DNA of 64,000 nt from the NCBI GenBank assembly GCA_963790475.1, contig CAWBOS010000010.1, positions 288,001 to 352,000 of the forward strand, in the 5' to 3' direction. A program made the translations under genes and the position numbers. Position 1 is the first letter of the stretch. Every line of letters starts with the position of its first letter. Under the pieces are notes generated by a model. That model made no database searches, was not told where the DNA came from, and saw only the letters and a list, made by a program, of their open reading frames with translations. Positions 8,762 to 19,480 of the stretch are shown one piece after another. This DNA comes from an uncultured delta proteobacterium. GTDB lineage: Bacteria; Desulfobacterota; RBG-13-43-22.

Positions 8762-9949
8762 CTATCCACGCCACATGACCTCAAAGAGTTCGCGAAGGGC
8801 CGCCCCTTTGCATTCACAGGGGGTGGTGAACATATTGGGGTCCTTTTCGGCGATTTGAACCAGCGTGTCGATCTCCGCCATCATCCGCCCTTCCGATATG
8901 CCGGCATCCCTCAGACTCAAAGGCTCTCCGATTTCTTTCTGGATCGACCTGATTCTATCAATGAAAGCTTCTGCATTCTTCTTGGGGGAGGGTCCGTTGA
9001 TACCCACAAATCTAGCCAAGTCGGTCAAGCGTGCGACCGGGTCCGGGGCGCCTTGGATCGGGGGATGGGCGGCGATGTAGGTGAGGGAATAGGGCAGGGC
9101 AATTCCGATTGCCCGACCATGTGAAAGGTGGAATACCGCGCCGGCCGAATGGCCCAGGGCATGGGAAAGCCCGGTATTACTGTTGCCGAAACCCAATCCG
9201 GCTATAGTGGCGGCATTCTGCATCTTCTCCCTGGCCTGGAAGTTTGAACCGTCACGACAAACCACGGGAAGCCATTCCATAGCCATTTTCAGGGCCTGCA
9301 GACAAGGGCCATCGCTGAAATCGGTTTGTTGCCTTGAGGTGTATCCGTCCACGGCATGGGCGATAACGTCCAGGCCGGTACTGGACGTCAAATCCTTTGG
9401 CAAGGCCAGGGTAAGATTGGTTTCCAGGACAGACAGGTCAGGGACGATGTCGTTATGAGCAAAGACGATTTTCCGGTTCAGGGCCCTGTCGGTTAGAACG
9501 GCCACCCAAGTAACATCAGCCCCTGTGCCACTCGTCGTCGGAACGGCCACAAATCGCGCCTTTTGGCGCAGATTCAGCCTGACTTTGGGTAATATGGATT
9601 TGGTCAGGTCTCCTGAAGCCAAGTCCGGCCGCTCATAGAGTACCCAGGCGGCCTTGGCCGTGTCTATAGCTGAACCTCCACCGAATCCGATCACCCACTG
9701 GGGCTGGGAATCGAGGAGGAAGCGGCTGGCTGTAAGGGCGATATCCAAGGTGGGGTCGGCCTCCACCCCATCCCATATTTTTACTTCATATCCCACTGCC
9801 CTTAACCCTTCTACCAACTCGTTACATTTATCTTTGAGGATCCGATCGGTAATGAGCACGGCCCGGTCACCCTTACCCTCCAGCTCCAGAGAGAGTCTTT
9901 TGAAGGCTCCTTTACCGAATATCACTTTTGGACTAAGAAAATAAGGCAT
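8762..9949 (-). CDS. Iron-containing alcohol dehydrogenase
   Basis: GGGSAIDTAK, PTTSGTG, DVIAHAVD, HALGH, HGRA. Confidence 0.93.
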   Translation of the reverse strand: MPYFLSPKVIFGKGAFKRLSLELEGKGDRAVLITDRILKDKCNELVEGLRAVGYEVKIWDGVEADPTLDIALTASRFLLDSQPQWVIGFGGGSAIDTAKAAWVLYERPDLASGDLTKSILPKVRLNLRQKARFVAVPTTSGTGADVTWVAVLTDRALNRKIVFAHNDIVPDLSVLETNLTLALPKDLTSSTGLDVIAHAVDGYTSRQQTDFSDGPCLQALKMAMEWLPVVCRDGSNFQAREKMQNAATIAGLGFGNSNTGLSHALGHSAGAVFHLSHGRAIGIALPYSLTYIAAHPPIQGAPDPVARLTDLARFVGINGPSPKKNAEAFIDRIRSIQKEIGEPLSLRDAGISEGRMMAEIDTLVQIAEKDPNMFTTPCECKGAALRELFEVMWRG

Positions 9950-10264
9950 GGCATTTCTCCTTTGCTATTTTGATGTTATTTCTTGCCCCGTGCAGTACAA
10001 TGAATGACAAGAAAATTTTCGGCCAAACCAAATGCTTTGACGTTATTGAAAATATCTCCCTCGGGGCCTCGGAGGAGGGGGGGGTCGGGAAGGAGACTTA
10101 GGTGGAAAACTAATAAACTTTAGCACAGGTAATAAGGGAGTGCAAATATCATATTATTATACCCGGGTTATCAAATATTTTATGGATTTAGGATCAAAAA
10201 GAAAAGAATAGACTGATTAAATCTTTTAATCATCGGGAACCAACATGAAAGGAGGATCGCCATT

Positions 10265-11537
10265 ATGTATGATTTTATGCTGACCCCCGAACAACGGGAT
10301 CTGAAGAGGGAGGCACGACAATTTGTCCGGGAAGAGATAACCGGAGATTTTTTAAGACAAATGGACCGGGATGAGATCAAGTACCCCCGGGAATTCGTGG
10401 AGAAACTTGCCGAGCGTGGCCTGAGGGGCATACGATTCCCCCAAAAATATGGCGGACGGGGAATGAATTGGGTGGCGGATGTTGCCGCCACGGAGGAAAT
10501 CGGTTGTCTGGGGATGGCCCTGGGTTGTGCCTTCGTCATGCCCTCCATTGTGGGGGAGGCCCTTAATGTCTTCGGCACCGAAGCCCAGAAAGTAAAATAC
10601 TTAAAGCCCCTCATCGAAGGCAAGCTGGTCGCTGCCGAAGGGTTGACCGAGCCCCGGGGCGGGTCCGATTTTTTCGGAGCCATGACCCGGGCGGAACTTA
10701 AAGGGGATCATTTTGTCCTCAACGGGATGAAACGGTTTGTGGTCGGGGCCGAGGGTGCGGATTTTTTTCTGGTTTACTGCAAGACCAATTTTGATCCGGA
10801 TGCGCACAAATACAATCGCCTGAGCCTGTTGATCGTGGATCGCGGTCCGGGCGTGGAAACCGAGTATCTATATGGTCTGATGGGCTGCCGGGGCGGGGGG
10901 ACCGGACGGCTTGTTTTCCGTGACGTTAAAGTGCCTAAGGAGAACCTTGTCGGAGAACTTCATGGAGGGGCCTTATGCTTCAATCAGATGATGATCCCCG
11001 AACGTCTGACTTCGGCCGCCGGTTGTCTGGGCACCTGGGGCGCTCTTGATCTGGCGGTCCGCTATTCCGACAAACGCCGAGCCTTCGGCAGTCAAATTCG
11101 GAAATATCAGGCCGTGAGTTTCAAGGTGGCCGATTCCATTACCCAGCTTGATGCCGCCAGGGCCATCACCTTACCTGGCGGCCCGGGCGGTCGACGACAA
11201 TTATCCCCAGGTCCGGCGGTTGGTCAGCGAGGCCAAGCGTTTTGCCACGGAGGCCGCCTGGGAGGTGGTTAACAACGCCATGCAGATCATGGGGGGTATC
11301 GGTTATACGGACGTTTATCCTATCGAGCGGGCGGTTCGCGATACACGTCTGGGAATGATCTGGACCGGGACCAGTGAAATCATGAACCTCATGATTCAAC
11401 ATGAATACTATGGCCAGGTGCTTGATCCCTTATATGATCGGCGAAAAATGGAAAATGACGCCATGCATCCGGATGACACCGAATGGTGCCATACGGATGA
11501 GGATATGCTCCGTGTCTTCGGCGAGGGAATGGAGTAG
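10265..11537 (+). CDS. Acyl-CoA dehydrogenase with a +1 frameshift near 11171 (error or pseudogene)
   Basis: [17 protein letters not shown]; removing one T from ACC-T-TAC joins the C-terminus QIMGGIGY...IWTGTSEI. Confidence 0.85.
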
Positions 11538-11544
11538 GCGGGCT

Positions 11545-12345
11545 TTATCCGGAAAGGTAATCTTTCAGCGCCTGGATTTCTTTTGGCGATAAAGGACGTA
11601 TAGCCCCAGGAGCCAGCCGGCCGAGGGATAACGGTCCCAGGGTAACCCGCTTGATGGTCATCACCGGATGACCTATGGCCGCACACATGTTTTTGACCTG
11701 GTGTTTTTCCCCTTCCCGAATGGTAATCATCAGCCAGGAGCGGTCCAGTCCGGTCTTGACCATTTCCCATTGGGCCTGATGTTTTTTCCCGCTGGGAAGC
11801 CAGGTCCCGGCTTGCAGGCGGCGTAGGGAGTCGAGAGTTGGAATTCCCCGGACCTTGACCCGATAGGTCTTGGGGACCTGGTATTTGGGATGTTGAAGGG
11901 TTTGGGCCAGTTCCCCATCATTGGTCAAGAGCATTAATCCCTCGGCATCCCAGTCCAGGCGGCCGACCGGAAAAACCCGTTCCCGGACCTGGGCTTGGGA
12001 CAGAAAGTCTTTGATGGTCGGGCGGCCTTGGGGGTCCCTTAGGGTCGAGACAACCCCTGGGGGTTTATAAAAAAGATAATAGGCCTTGGATTCAGCGGAA
12101 GTTATAAGACGTCCGTCCACTTCGATTCGGTGATCAGAGGGGGCCAATTTGAGGCCGAGTTGGGTAACGACCCGGCCATCCACCCTGACCCGGCCGGCCC
12201 GGATCAAGTCTTCGGCCTTGCGGCGGGAGGCCAAACCGGAATGAGCCAGAATTCGCTGCAACCGCCAGGGAAGATTTCCGGGAGCAGGCTCCGCCGGGTG
12301 GAGATCCGGATGGGGCATCGATAATTCGCCGGCTGCCTTGTTCAA
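11545..12345 (-). CDS. rluB: 23S rRNA pseudouridine synthase (RluB/RsuA family)
   Basis: S4 domain RLQRILAHSGLASRRKAE; VGRLD catalytic motif; downstream of scpAB. Confidence 0.88.
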   Translation of the reverse strand: MNKAAGELSMPHPDLHPAEPAPGNLPWRLQRILAHSGLASRRKAEDLIRAGRVRVDGRVVTQLGLKLAPSDHRIEVDGRLITSAESKAYYLFYKPPGVVSTLRDPQGRPTIKDFLSQAQVRERVFPVGRLDWDAEGLMLLTNDGELAQTLQHPKYQVPKTYRVKVRGIPTLDSLRRLQAGTWLPSGKKHQAQWEMVKTGLDRSWLMITIREGEKHQVKNMCAAIGHPVMTIKRVTLGPLSLGRLAPGAIRPLSPKEIQALKDYLSG

Positions 12346-12890
12346 TCCGTTTCGTTTTCACTTAAATCAGCATGCAGGGCCTTGATTTCTTCCAGAGAAG
12401 GAAGAAAGGACAGATTTTTTAGTTCAAACAATTCCAAAAAACGCTGGGTGGTCCCGTAAAGAATGGGGCGGCCCGGAATTTCCTTGCGTCCCACAATACG
12501 AATCAAATTCTTTTCCAGAAGGGTCCGGACGATTCCGTCGACTTCGACACCGCGCAGCCGTTCCATGTCTCCCCGGGTGACCGGTTGTTTATAGGCAATA
12601 ATGGCCAGGGTTTCCAGAGAGGCTTTACTGAGACGGGCAGGGCTGATCTTCTTCAGCCTTTTGATCCATTCGCTGAACCGTGGTTTGGTTCGAAACTGGA
12701 ACCCATCGGCCACTTCCTGAATATAGAGGCCCCGTTCCGGGGTTTCATATTCCTTCAGTAGCCGGGTCAAGGCCGCTTCTATGTCTTTTTTAGGAAAACT
12801 ATCTCCGATGACTTCCAGGATCTTTTTAAGTCCTATGGGAGCAGGGGAAACGAAAATCAGGGCTTCGAGTAGGGATTTAATTTCGTTCAT
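12342..12890 (-). CDS. scpB: SMC-Scp complex subunit ScpB
   Basis: LETLAIIAYKQPVTR, GRPILYGTT. Confidence 0.95.
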   Translation of the reverse strand: MNEIKSLLEALIFVSPAPIGLKKILEVIGDSFPKKDIEAALTRLLKEYETPERGLYIQEVADGFQFRTKPRFSEWIKRLKKISPARLSKASLETLAIIAYKQPVTRGDMERLRGVEVDGIVRTLLEKNLIRIVGRKEIPGRPILYGTTQRFLELFELKNLSFLPSLEEIKALHADLSENETD

Positions 12891-12972
12891 GGGTGCCTAT
12901 TTTATCATAACAGTAAGTTTTATAAATCCGAAATCACATAATCAAACGGGGTTGGATTATCTCAAGATAGTT

Positions 12973-13097
12973 AGACTGAAGGTATTTAGACTGAAGGCTG
13001 AAGGTAAAAGACTTTTTATAACTAATATACCCTTCAACCGGTCTCTGGATCCAAATATTCAATGTTCTTTCCTAAAAGCCTTCGGTCTTCAGCCTAT
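12973..13097. repeat. Intergenic heptamer-repeat element with inverted arms
   Basis: AGACTGAAGG...AGACTGAAGGCTGAAGG versus CCTTCGGTCTTCAGCCT. Confidence 0.5.
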
Positions 13098-13109
13098 TTT
13101 CCTGACCTT

Positions 13110-13829
13110 TCAAGAGATCGTTGCCGGGGGAAGAAAATCATAAATCAGGATGTTCCCTCCCTGTATTTCCTGATAGACGATAATTTTTTGAAGCCGGGCC
13201 AGCTCCAGCAGGGCCAGAAAAGCGACAATCAGTTCCGCCCGGGTGAAATGGCCGGGAAATAATTCTTCCAGCAGGAGGCGCCCCATTTGTTTAAGTTTGG
13301 CCAGGATTTCTTCCATCTTGTTTTCAATGGGGATCAGAGGGCTGGGAAAATGGGAAAAGGCCTCCTCTTTCTTCTCCAGAAGTATTCTCCGGACGGCGTC
13401 CATCAACTCGAAAAGTCCCACCCGGATAAGGCCTTCTTCTTTGCCTTCCATTTCTTTGGCCAGAAAATCCCGGGTGAAGACATCGCGGTATAACAATGGA
13501 CGTTGCCCCAGTTGTTCCGCAGCTTCTTTCAACTGGAGGTATTCCAGCAACGGCCGGGTCAATTCCAGACGGGGATCATCCTCCTCTTCCTCTTCCGGCG
13601 GTCGGGGCAGCAGCATCCGGGACTTGATATGGATCAAGGTTGCGGCCATGACCAGAAAATTTCCGGCAATATTGATATTAAGATCTTTCATCAGGTCCAG
13701 ATATTCCAGATATTGGGCGGTGATAACGGCGATGGGGATGTCATAGATATCCATCTCGTTTTTCCGGATTAAATGGACCAGCAGGTCCATAGGCCCTTCA
13801 AAGATATCGAGTTTAACGTTGTAGTCCAT
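13110..13829 (-). CDS. scpA: Segregation/condensation protein ScpA (start taken at ATG 13829)
   Basis: FEGPMDLLVHLI, IKSRMLLP, FLALLEL; the upstream ORF extension is repeat-derived. Confidence 0.93.
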   Translation of the reverse strand: MDYNVKLDIFEGPMDLLVHLIRKNEMDIYDIPIAVITAQYLEYLDLMKDLNINIAGNFLVMAATLIHIKSRMLLPRPPEEEEEDDPRLELTRPLLEYLQLKEAAEQLGQRPLLYRDVFTRDFLAKEMEGKEEGLIRVGLFELMDAVRRILLEKKEEAFSHFPSPLIPIENKMEEILAKLKQMGRLLLEELFPGHFTRAELIVAFLALLELARLQKIIVYQEIQGGNILIYDFLPPATIS

Positions 13830-13835
13830 ATTGCA

Positions 13836-13948
13836 AGTGACGAGTGACGAGTGACGTGTGACGAGATTAAAAAGGGAATTTTTCATCCTTAAACTCCAAT
13901 CCCGCAACTCGCAATTAAATTCAAAATTCCCATTCCGCAATCCGCAAT
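13836..13948. repeat. Intergenic heptamer tandem repeats
   Basis: (GTGACGA)x4-like run, then CCGCAAT-like repeats. Confidence 0.6.
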
Positions 13949-14932
13949 CTAAAATCCAATGGCCTGTCTGACTTCTTCCATGGTTTTCTGGGCGAAGGTT
14001 CGGGCTCGATCATTGCCGGCCCTGAGAATCGATCGGACTTCTTCGGTGTTTTGGGTCCAATAATCCCGTTTCTCCTTAATCGGTCGGAGGGCCTCCAGGA
14101 CCTGATCGATCAACCATTTTTTACAATCCACACAACCGATCCCGGCCCGGGGGCATTCCAGCTCTATCTCTTCGATCCGCTCCGGGGAAGAATATATTTT
14201 ATGGAGGGGAAAGAGGATGCAGACTTCAGGATTACCCGGGTCTTTGCGACGGGCCCTCTGGGGATCGGTAACCATCTGGGACAGTTTTTGGCGTATTTCC
14301 TCCATGGAATCGGAGAGGAAGACGGCATTATTGTAGCTCTTGCTCATCTTTCGACCGTCGAGTCCCGGTAATTTCGGGGTCTCGGTCAAAAGGAGGTCGG
14401 GAACGGGAAAGACCTCCTCATACAGGAAGTTGAACCGGCGGGCGATTTCCCGGGTCAATTCCACATGAGGGGCCTGATCAATGCCCACCGGAACGGCATG
14501 GGCCTTGTACATCATAATGTCGGCGGCCTGCAGGACCGGATAGCCGATGAAGCCGTAGGTCCCGATGTCTTTGCTTTCCAGTTCCTGTTGTTGTTCCTTA
14601 TAGGTCGGGTTGCGTTCCAACCAGCTTAAGGGAGTGATCATGGACAGGATCAAATGGAGTTCGGCATGTTCTTTGACGGCCGATTGTAGAAAAAAGGTGC
14701 TGACTTCAGGGTCCAATCCGACACTGATCCAATCAATGACCATGTCCAGGATATTTTCGTGAATAGCCTTAGGTTCTTTATATTCGGTGGTCAAGGCATG
14801 CCAGTCGGCAATAAAAAAGAAGCATTGATAGTCTTTCTGAAGTTCTTTCCAGTTCATCAAGGCCCCGTGCAGATTGCCGAGGTGTAATTTCCCGGTGGGG
14901 CGTATCCCGCTTAAAATTCGTTTTCGTTCCAT
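13949..14932 (-). CDS. trpS: Tryptophanyl-tRNA synthetase
   Basis: SGIRPTGKLHLGN (HIGH-like), YPVLQAADI, KMSKS. Confidence 0.97.
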   Translation of the reverse strand: MERKRILSGIRPTGKLHLGNLHGALMNWKELQKDYQCFFFIADWHALTTEYKEPKAIHENILDMVIDWISVGLDPEVSTFFLQSAVKEHAELHLILSMITPLSWLERNPTYKEQQQELESKDIGTYGFIGYPVLQAADIMMYKAHAVPVGIDQAPHVELTREIARRFNFLYEEVFPVPDLLLTETPKLPGLDGRKMSKSYNNAVFLSDSMEEIRQKLSQMVTDPQRARRKDPGNPEVCILFPLHKIYSSPERIEEIELECPRAGIGCVDCKKWLIDQVLEALRPIKEKRDYWTQNTEEVRSILRAGNDRARTFAQKTMEEVRQAIGF

Positions 14933-15072
14933 ATAAAAAATTCTCCCTCAGATTCAAAGATGCAAGGAATTGAAGTCTCGTGGTACAAGTTTCAAAGAGA
15001 AACCGCAACCCATGAATCTAACCCAATAACCTACTGCAACCCTTGAATCTTATAATCTCTGATTACGTATTT

Positions 15073-15753
15073 TCACATTAAATAAAAATTGACGCCCCCT
15101 ATTATCTCAAACAATTTGATCAAAAGAATAATCGGGGGTGAAATCAACCAATCCAAAATATGGGTGACTAACAGCCCGATGAGAATAAAGAAACCATAGG
15201 GCTCAATTTTGCTGTATTTATAAGCAGCCTGTAAAGGCAGTAAACCGACCATAACCCTCCCGCCGTCCAAGGGGGGGATGGGAATGAGATTGAATATAGC
15301 CAGAGCCACGTTGATTTTTATTCCGAAGTAAATCATCTGGACCAGAGGCAGAAGCACAAGACTTAAAAAAGGCGATTCCAAGAGGGGTGAGGCGACCAAT
15401 AAGATACGAAGAAGAATAGAAAACCCTAAAGCCAAAAGAAGATTGGCAGCCGCTCCGGCCAGGGCCACCCATACCATGTCTTTTTTAGGATTCCTGAGGT
15501 TTCTAAAATTCACCGGGACCGGTTTGGCATAACCGAACAGAAAAGGTGAGTGCGATAAAAGAAGAATCCCGGGGATCAGGATGGACCCGAAGGGATCGAT
15601 GTGGGAGATGGGATTAAGGGTTAAACGACCCATCAATCTGGCCGTAGGGTCCCCCAGCTTATTGGCCACCCAGCCATGAGCCACTTCATGTAAAATAACC
15701 CCCAAAAGAAGGGGTAAGGCCATGATACTGATCTGTTGAACAAAGGAACTCAT
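15073..15753 (-). CDS. Site-2 protease (M50) family protein
   Basis: HEVAH zinc motif; FNLIPIPPLDG. Confidence 0.93.
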   Translation of the reverse strand: MSSFVQQISIMALPLLLGVILHEVAHGWVANKLGDPTARLMGRLTLNPISHIDPFGSILIPGILLLSHSPFLFGYAKPVPVNFRNLRNPKKDMVWVALAGAAANLLLALGFSILLRILLVASPLLESPFLSLVLLPLVQMIYFGIKINVALAIFNLIPIPPLDGGRVMVGLLPLQAAYKYSKIEPYGFFILIGLLVTHILDWLISPPIILLIKLFEIIGGVNFYLM

Positions 15754-15836
15754 TTTTATCTTATTTCCATAGCTGAGTCTGTGAATTTGTCACCCATGAT
15801 TTTCCAATTCTGTCTCCTGGATTCGGATTCCTGAAT

Positions 15837-18533
15837 TCATGTATTTTGGATATGGATCTCTTCCGGAGACTCAAAATGTTTTTTAACATAGGCTAATTCG
15901 TCCTCCCGGGTCAATACTTTTCCGTTGATTCGAGCTTCCAGAAGATCTCCCAGGATTGTTTTATAAAGAGGACCGGGAACCAGTCCCAGGGCTTTAAGTT
16001 CTTCCCCCCCGATCGATAGGCAGGTGGATTTCAACTGGGTAAAATAAAGCGAAATCGCCTTTCGTCCGGTTTCCTGGGTGGTCTTGGCCATCAGGAAAAG
16101 CAGAGCTTCGTTGGGCAGAGGTGAAAGGAGCTTATATATTTCACTCCGGGAAAATTTTGGATTTTTCTGAAGGGTCATCAAAACCTTTTCCCCTTCGTTG
16201 CGGCATAAGGTCCAAATCTCAAAGACCCTTTTGGGCAACCCCAAGCGCTGGCGCAATTCGACGAATTGAGTGATGGGCTGGGCCAAAGCCAGAAAATAAA
16301 TCATCCATTTTTCGTAGGGTTCATTGAGATAAAGGAGATCAAACCAAGCCAGGACGGTTCGAATTTCACCAAAGAGGACCTCTCCCTTCGGGGGCAGGGT
16401 CCATTCCGGATGAATAGCCTGGAGCAGTTTTAAGTCAATCAGCCTTTTGATGACCGGCAGAGGGTTTTCTTCGCTCAGGATCAGCTGGAGTTCGGTGAAA
16501 ATCCTTTTGGGCGCCAGCTTTTCAATACCGCCGATGCGAATAGCGTTTTCGATCAGGTTGGCGGTCAGTTTTCCAATCTTGAATCCGAACCGTTGCTCAA
16601 AACGAACGGCTCGAAAGGCCCGGGTCGGATCTTCCACAAAGCTTAGGTTATGAAGGACCCTGATAGACCGTTCTTTCAGGTCTTTTTGGGCCCCGAAAAA
16701 GTCGATCAGGATACCAAACTGGCGGGGGTTCAGTTTCACGGCCAGGGTATTGATGGTAAAGTCGCGCCGGTAGAGGTCCATCTTAATGGAGCTGAGTTCC
16801 ACCACGGGGAGGGCGGCCGGGGATTCATAATACTCCGAACGGGCGGTGGCCACATCCACTTTAAAGCCGTCCGGGAAGATGAGGACCGCGGTTTTAAATT
16901 TAACATGATAACGGATTCGGGCCGGGAACCTTTTAGCGTATTCCTGGGCGAATTTAATCCCGTCTCCTTCGACAACAATATCGATATCCAGATTGTCGAA
17001 TTTCAGGAAGAGGTCGCGGATAAATCCGCCGATGGCATAAACGTTGTACCCCAGGCTGTCGGCCACCTCACCCAGGGACTTAAGCAGTTCGACAATCCGC
17101 CTGGGCAGCCTTTCATCCATCAAATAACCGACATTCTTTTTACGGACGAAATGGGGGGCCTTTCGGGAATCAAAAAGATACTCGGATATACCCGGACCGC
17201 TGATGAGGATATTGAGCAGGTCGGTGCGGGTGATAACCCCCTGGACCTTCCCGTGTTTGACCACCGGCAGGATCCTCTGTTTGTCCTCGATGATGAATTC
17301 CTGGATTTGAAACAAAGTGGCTTCAGGTTCAACAGTCGAAAATTCCGTAGTCATGTATTCCCGGACCGGCAGGTCCTTGAGACCGTGGAAGATAGCTTTT
17401 TCGATAACCTGCCGGGTGATCAGGCCCAGCAGTTTTTCGTTTTCCATCACCAAAAGGACATTGATATTATAGCGGGTCAGCAGTTCGTTGGCATGTTCGA
17501 TGGTCTCCCCGGGCTGGATCGATTTCACCGGAAAGGTCATCATGTCCCGGGCCTTCCGCTGAGGGTTGATGCGGCGTTTAAGCTGGGCGATCAGCTTTTC
17601 TTCCACCTGAACCAGGGTTTGATCCTTGATCGTGGCCGAGGCTGCAAAAGGATGTCCCCCTCCACCGAAGGTCAAAAGGATTTCTCCGACATTGATTTCC
17701 CGTATTCGGCTCCGGGCTACCAGATAAACCCGGTCTTCCATTCGGGCCAGGGCAAACAGACAATCGAGGTTTTCCATCTCCATCATCTTGTGGACCAAGA
17801 CGGCGAAATCACCCACATAGGAATCAATGGAGGCCTTGGCCACTACAATCTCCACGTTGTTAATCCGATGGCGGGTGGCCGATTCCAACATTTGATTCAA
17901 TAGGGAAACCTGTTCGGCGGTCAACTCCCGGGTCAGCATATCCGAAATCAGATTCAGATTGGCCCCTTGTTCCAGCAGATAGGCGGCCGCCTGATAATCC
18001 TCGGAGGTGGTTGATCCAAATGTGAAAGACCCCGTATCCTCGTAGATCCCCAAGGCCATCAGGGTCGCTTCGTCCGGGGTCAGGAGGATATTTTTTTCCT
18101 TCAAGAAACGCGTCATCAGGGTCATGGTCGCCCCCACCGGTTGAATATTTTCCAGGTCTCCTTTGATGTCGTTTTTGGCTGAAGGATGATGGTCATAAAT
18201 ATGAATATCCAATCCGGGACGATTTAATATCTCCGCAAATCGCCCGATTCTTTCCGGTTGACGGGTATCCACCAGGATCAAACGATGAATCCGTTCCAAC
18301 GGTACCTGTTTTATCTTGGTGAAATTGTATAGATAGACCGTGGATTGGAGAAAAAAATTGCGCAGATTTTGCTCTTGAGAACCTGGAAAGACCAGCCAGG
18401 CATCGGGATAGAGCTTTTTGGCGGCCATCATGGAGGCCAGACCGTCGAAATCGGTATTGAGGTGGGTGGTGATGACCTCAATACCGGTTGAATCCTGGAT
18501 ATCGGAATGGTTTGCTGCCGGGATGGATTCCAT
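15837..18533 (-). CDS. DHH/DHHA1-CBS-tRNA nucleotidyltransferase (A-adding-type architecture)
   Basis: HLNTDFD, YDHH, GGGGH, CBS pair, GGFIRD...DIDI, RRDFTIN, EDPTR. Confidence 0.9.
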   Translation of the reverse strand: MESIPAANHSDIQDSTGIEVITTHLNTDFDGLASMMAAKKLYPDAWLVFPGSQEQNLRNFFLQSTVYLYNFTKIKQVPLERIHRLILVDTRQPERIGRFAEILNRPGLDIHIYDHHPSAKNDIKGDLENIQPVGATMTLMTRFLKEKNILLTPDEATLMALGIYEDTGSFTFGSTTSEDYQAAAYLLEQGANLNLISDMLTRELTAEQVSLLNQMLESATRHRINNVEIVVAKASIDSYVGDFAVLVHKMMEMENLDCLFALARMEDRVYLVARSRIREINVGEILLTFGGGGHPFAASATIKDQTLVQVEEKLIAQLKRRINPQRKARDMMTFPVKSIQPGETIEHANELLTRYNINVLLVMENEKLLGLITRQVIEKAIFHGLKDLPVREYMTTEFSTVEPEATLFQIQEFIIEDKQRILPVVKHGKVQGVITRTDLLNILISGPGISEYLFDSRKAPHFVRKKNVGYLMDERLPRRIVELLKSLGEVADSLGYNVYAIGGFIRDLFLKFDNLDIDIVVEGDGIKFAQEYAKRFPARIRYHVKFKTAVLIFPDGFKVDVATARSEYYESPAALPVVELSSIKMDLYRRDFTINTLAVKLNPRQFGILIDFFGAQKDLKERSIRVLHNLSFVEDPTRAFRAVRFEQRFGFKIGKLTANLIENAIRIGGIEKLAPKRIFTELQLILSEENPLPVIKRLIDLKLLQAIHPEWTLPPKGEVLFGEIRTVLAWFDLLYLNEPYEKWMIYFLALAQPITQFVELRQRLGLPKRVFEIWTLCRNEGEKVLMTLQKNPKFSRSEIYKLLSPLPNEALLFLMAKTTQETGRKAISLYFTQLKSTCLSIGGEELKALGLVPGPLYKTILGDLLEARINGKVLTREDELAYVKKHFESPEEIHIQNT

Positions 18534-18539
18534 TAAAGA

Positions 18540-19430
18540 TCAGGCTCGAGGATGATATCTCCGGTAAACTTCCCGGAGATGTTCATGGGTTACCAGGGTG
18601 TAGATCTGAGTGGTGGAAATATCCGCATGACCCAGCATGGTTTGAATGGATCGGAGGTCGGCCCCGCCTTCCAGAAGATGGGTGGCAAAGGTATGCCTCA
18701 GAGTGTGAGGGGAAATCTTTTTCAGTATTCCCGCCTGCCGGCCGTATTGGCCCAGTATTTTCCAGAATCCCTGCCGGGACAGCCGGCCTCCCCGGTTGTT
18801 GAGAAAGACCCAGGGGGCCATCGGTTGTTTAAGCAGGGGAGGGCGTCCTTTTTCAAGATATTCCATCAGGCACCTGGAAGCCGCTTTTCCGATAGGGACC
18901 AATCGTTCTTTGGAACCCTTGCCCATGGTGCGAATAAGATGGGCTTCCAGTTCCAGCTGATCCAATCTCAGGGCAACTAATTCGGAGACTCTCAGACCGG
19001 TGGCATAAAGGACTTCCAGCATGGCGGCGTCCCTCAAACCCCGGGGTGATTCGGTTTTGGGTTGGTGGATCAGAGTTTCCACTTCCCTTTCCGAGAGGGT
19101 CTTGGGTAAGGCCCTTTTGGGTTTTGGGCCTTGTAAAAGGAAGGTCGGGTTGTCTTTCCGTAAGTTTTCTTCTTGAAGAAATCGGTAAAAAGACCTTAAG
19201 GCGGAGAGTATCCTGGCTTGAGTTCGACTGGAGAGTTTTCTGGTTCTCAAGGTTCCCAAGTATTCGTAAAGGGTTTCAGGTTGGGTTTGAGAAAGGTCGG
19301 AAATATCTATGGACTCCAGAAACCGGAAGTATTGGGTAAGATCTCGGCTGTAAGCCTCCAGGGTATTTGGAGAAAGGCCTTTTTCAACCACTAAAAAATG
19401 CAGGAAACGGTCAAGGGGTGTATCCAACAT
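18540..19430 (-). CDS. xerD: Tyrosine recombinase XerD
   Basis: YATGLRVSEL, GKGSKER, HTLRHTFATHLL, LGHADISTTQIY. Confidence 0.93.
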   Translation of the reverse strand: MLDTPLDRFLHFLVVEKGLSPNTLEAYSRDLTQYFRFLESIDISDLSQTQPETLYEYLGTLRTRKLSSRTQARILSALRSFYRFLQEENLRKDNPTFLLQGPKPKRALPKTLSEREVETLIHQPKTESPRGLRDAAMLEVLYATGLRVSELVALRLDQLELEAHLIRTMGKGSKERLVPIGKAASRCLMEYLEKGRPPLLKQPMAPWVFLNNRGGRLSRQGFWKILGQYGRQAGILKKISPHTLRHTFATHLLEGGADLRSIQTMLGHADISTTQIYTLVTHEHLREVYRRYHPRA

Positions 19431-19436
19431 GAGGGA

Positions 19437-19465
19437 AATATAGCAGACCTTGACCGGTCTGTCAA
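19437..19465 (-). promoter_or_regulatory. Sigma70 promoter directly before the xerD ATG
   Basis: TTGACA-17 nt-TATATT with extended TG, then 6 nt to ATG. Confidence 0.7.
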
Positions 19466-19480
19466 GAACAGAAGAAATTT

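Noticed and set aside
13830-13940. N-terminal extension of ScpA
   Set aside because: Translation of intergenic heptamer repeats (LVTRHSSLVT); homology starts at ATG 13829
16650-17903. 417-aa plus-strand ORF
   Set aside because: Antisense shadow of the nucleotidyltransferase gene, no motifs
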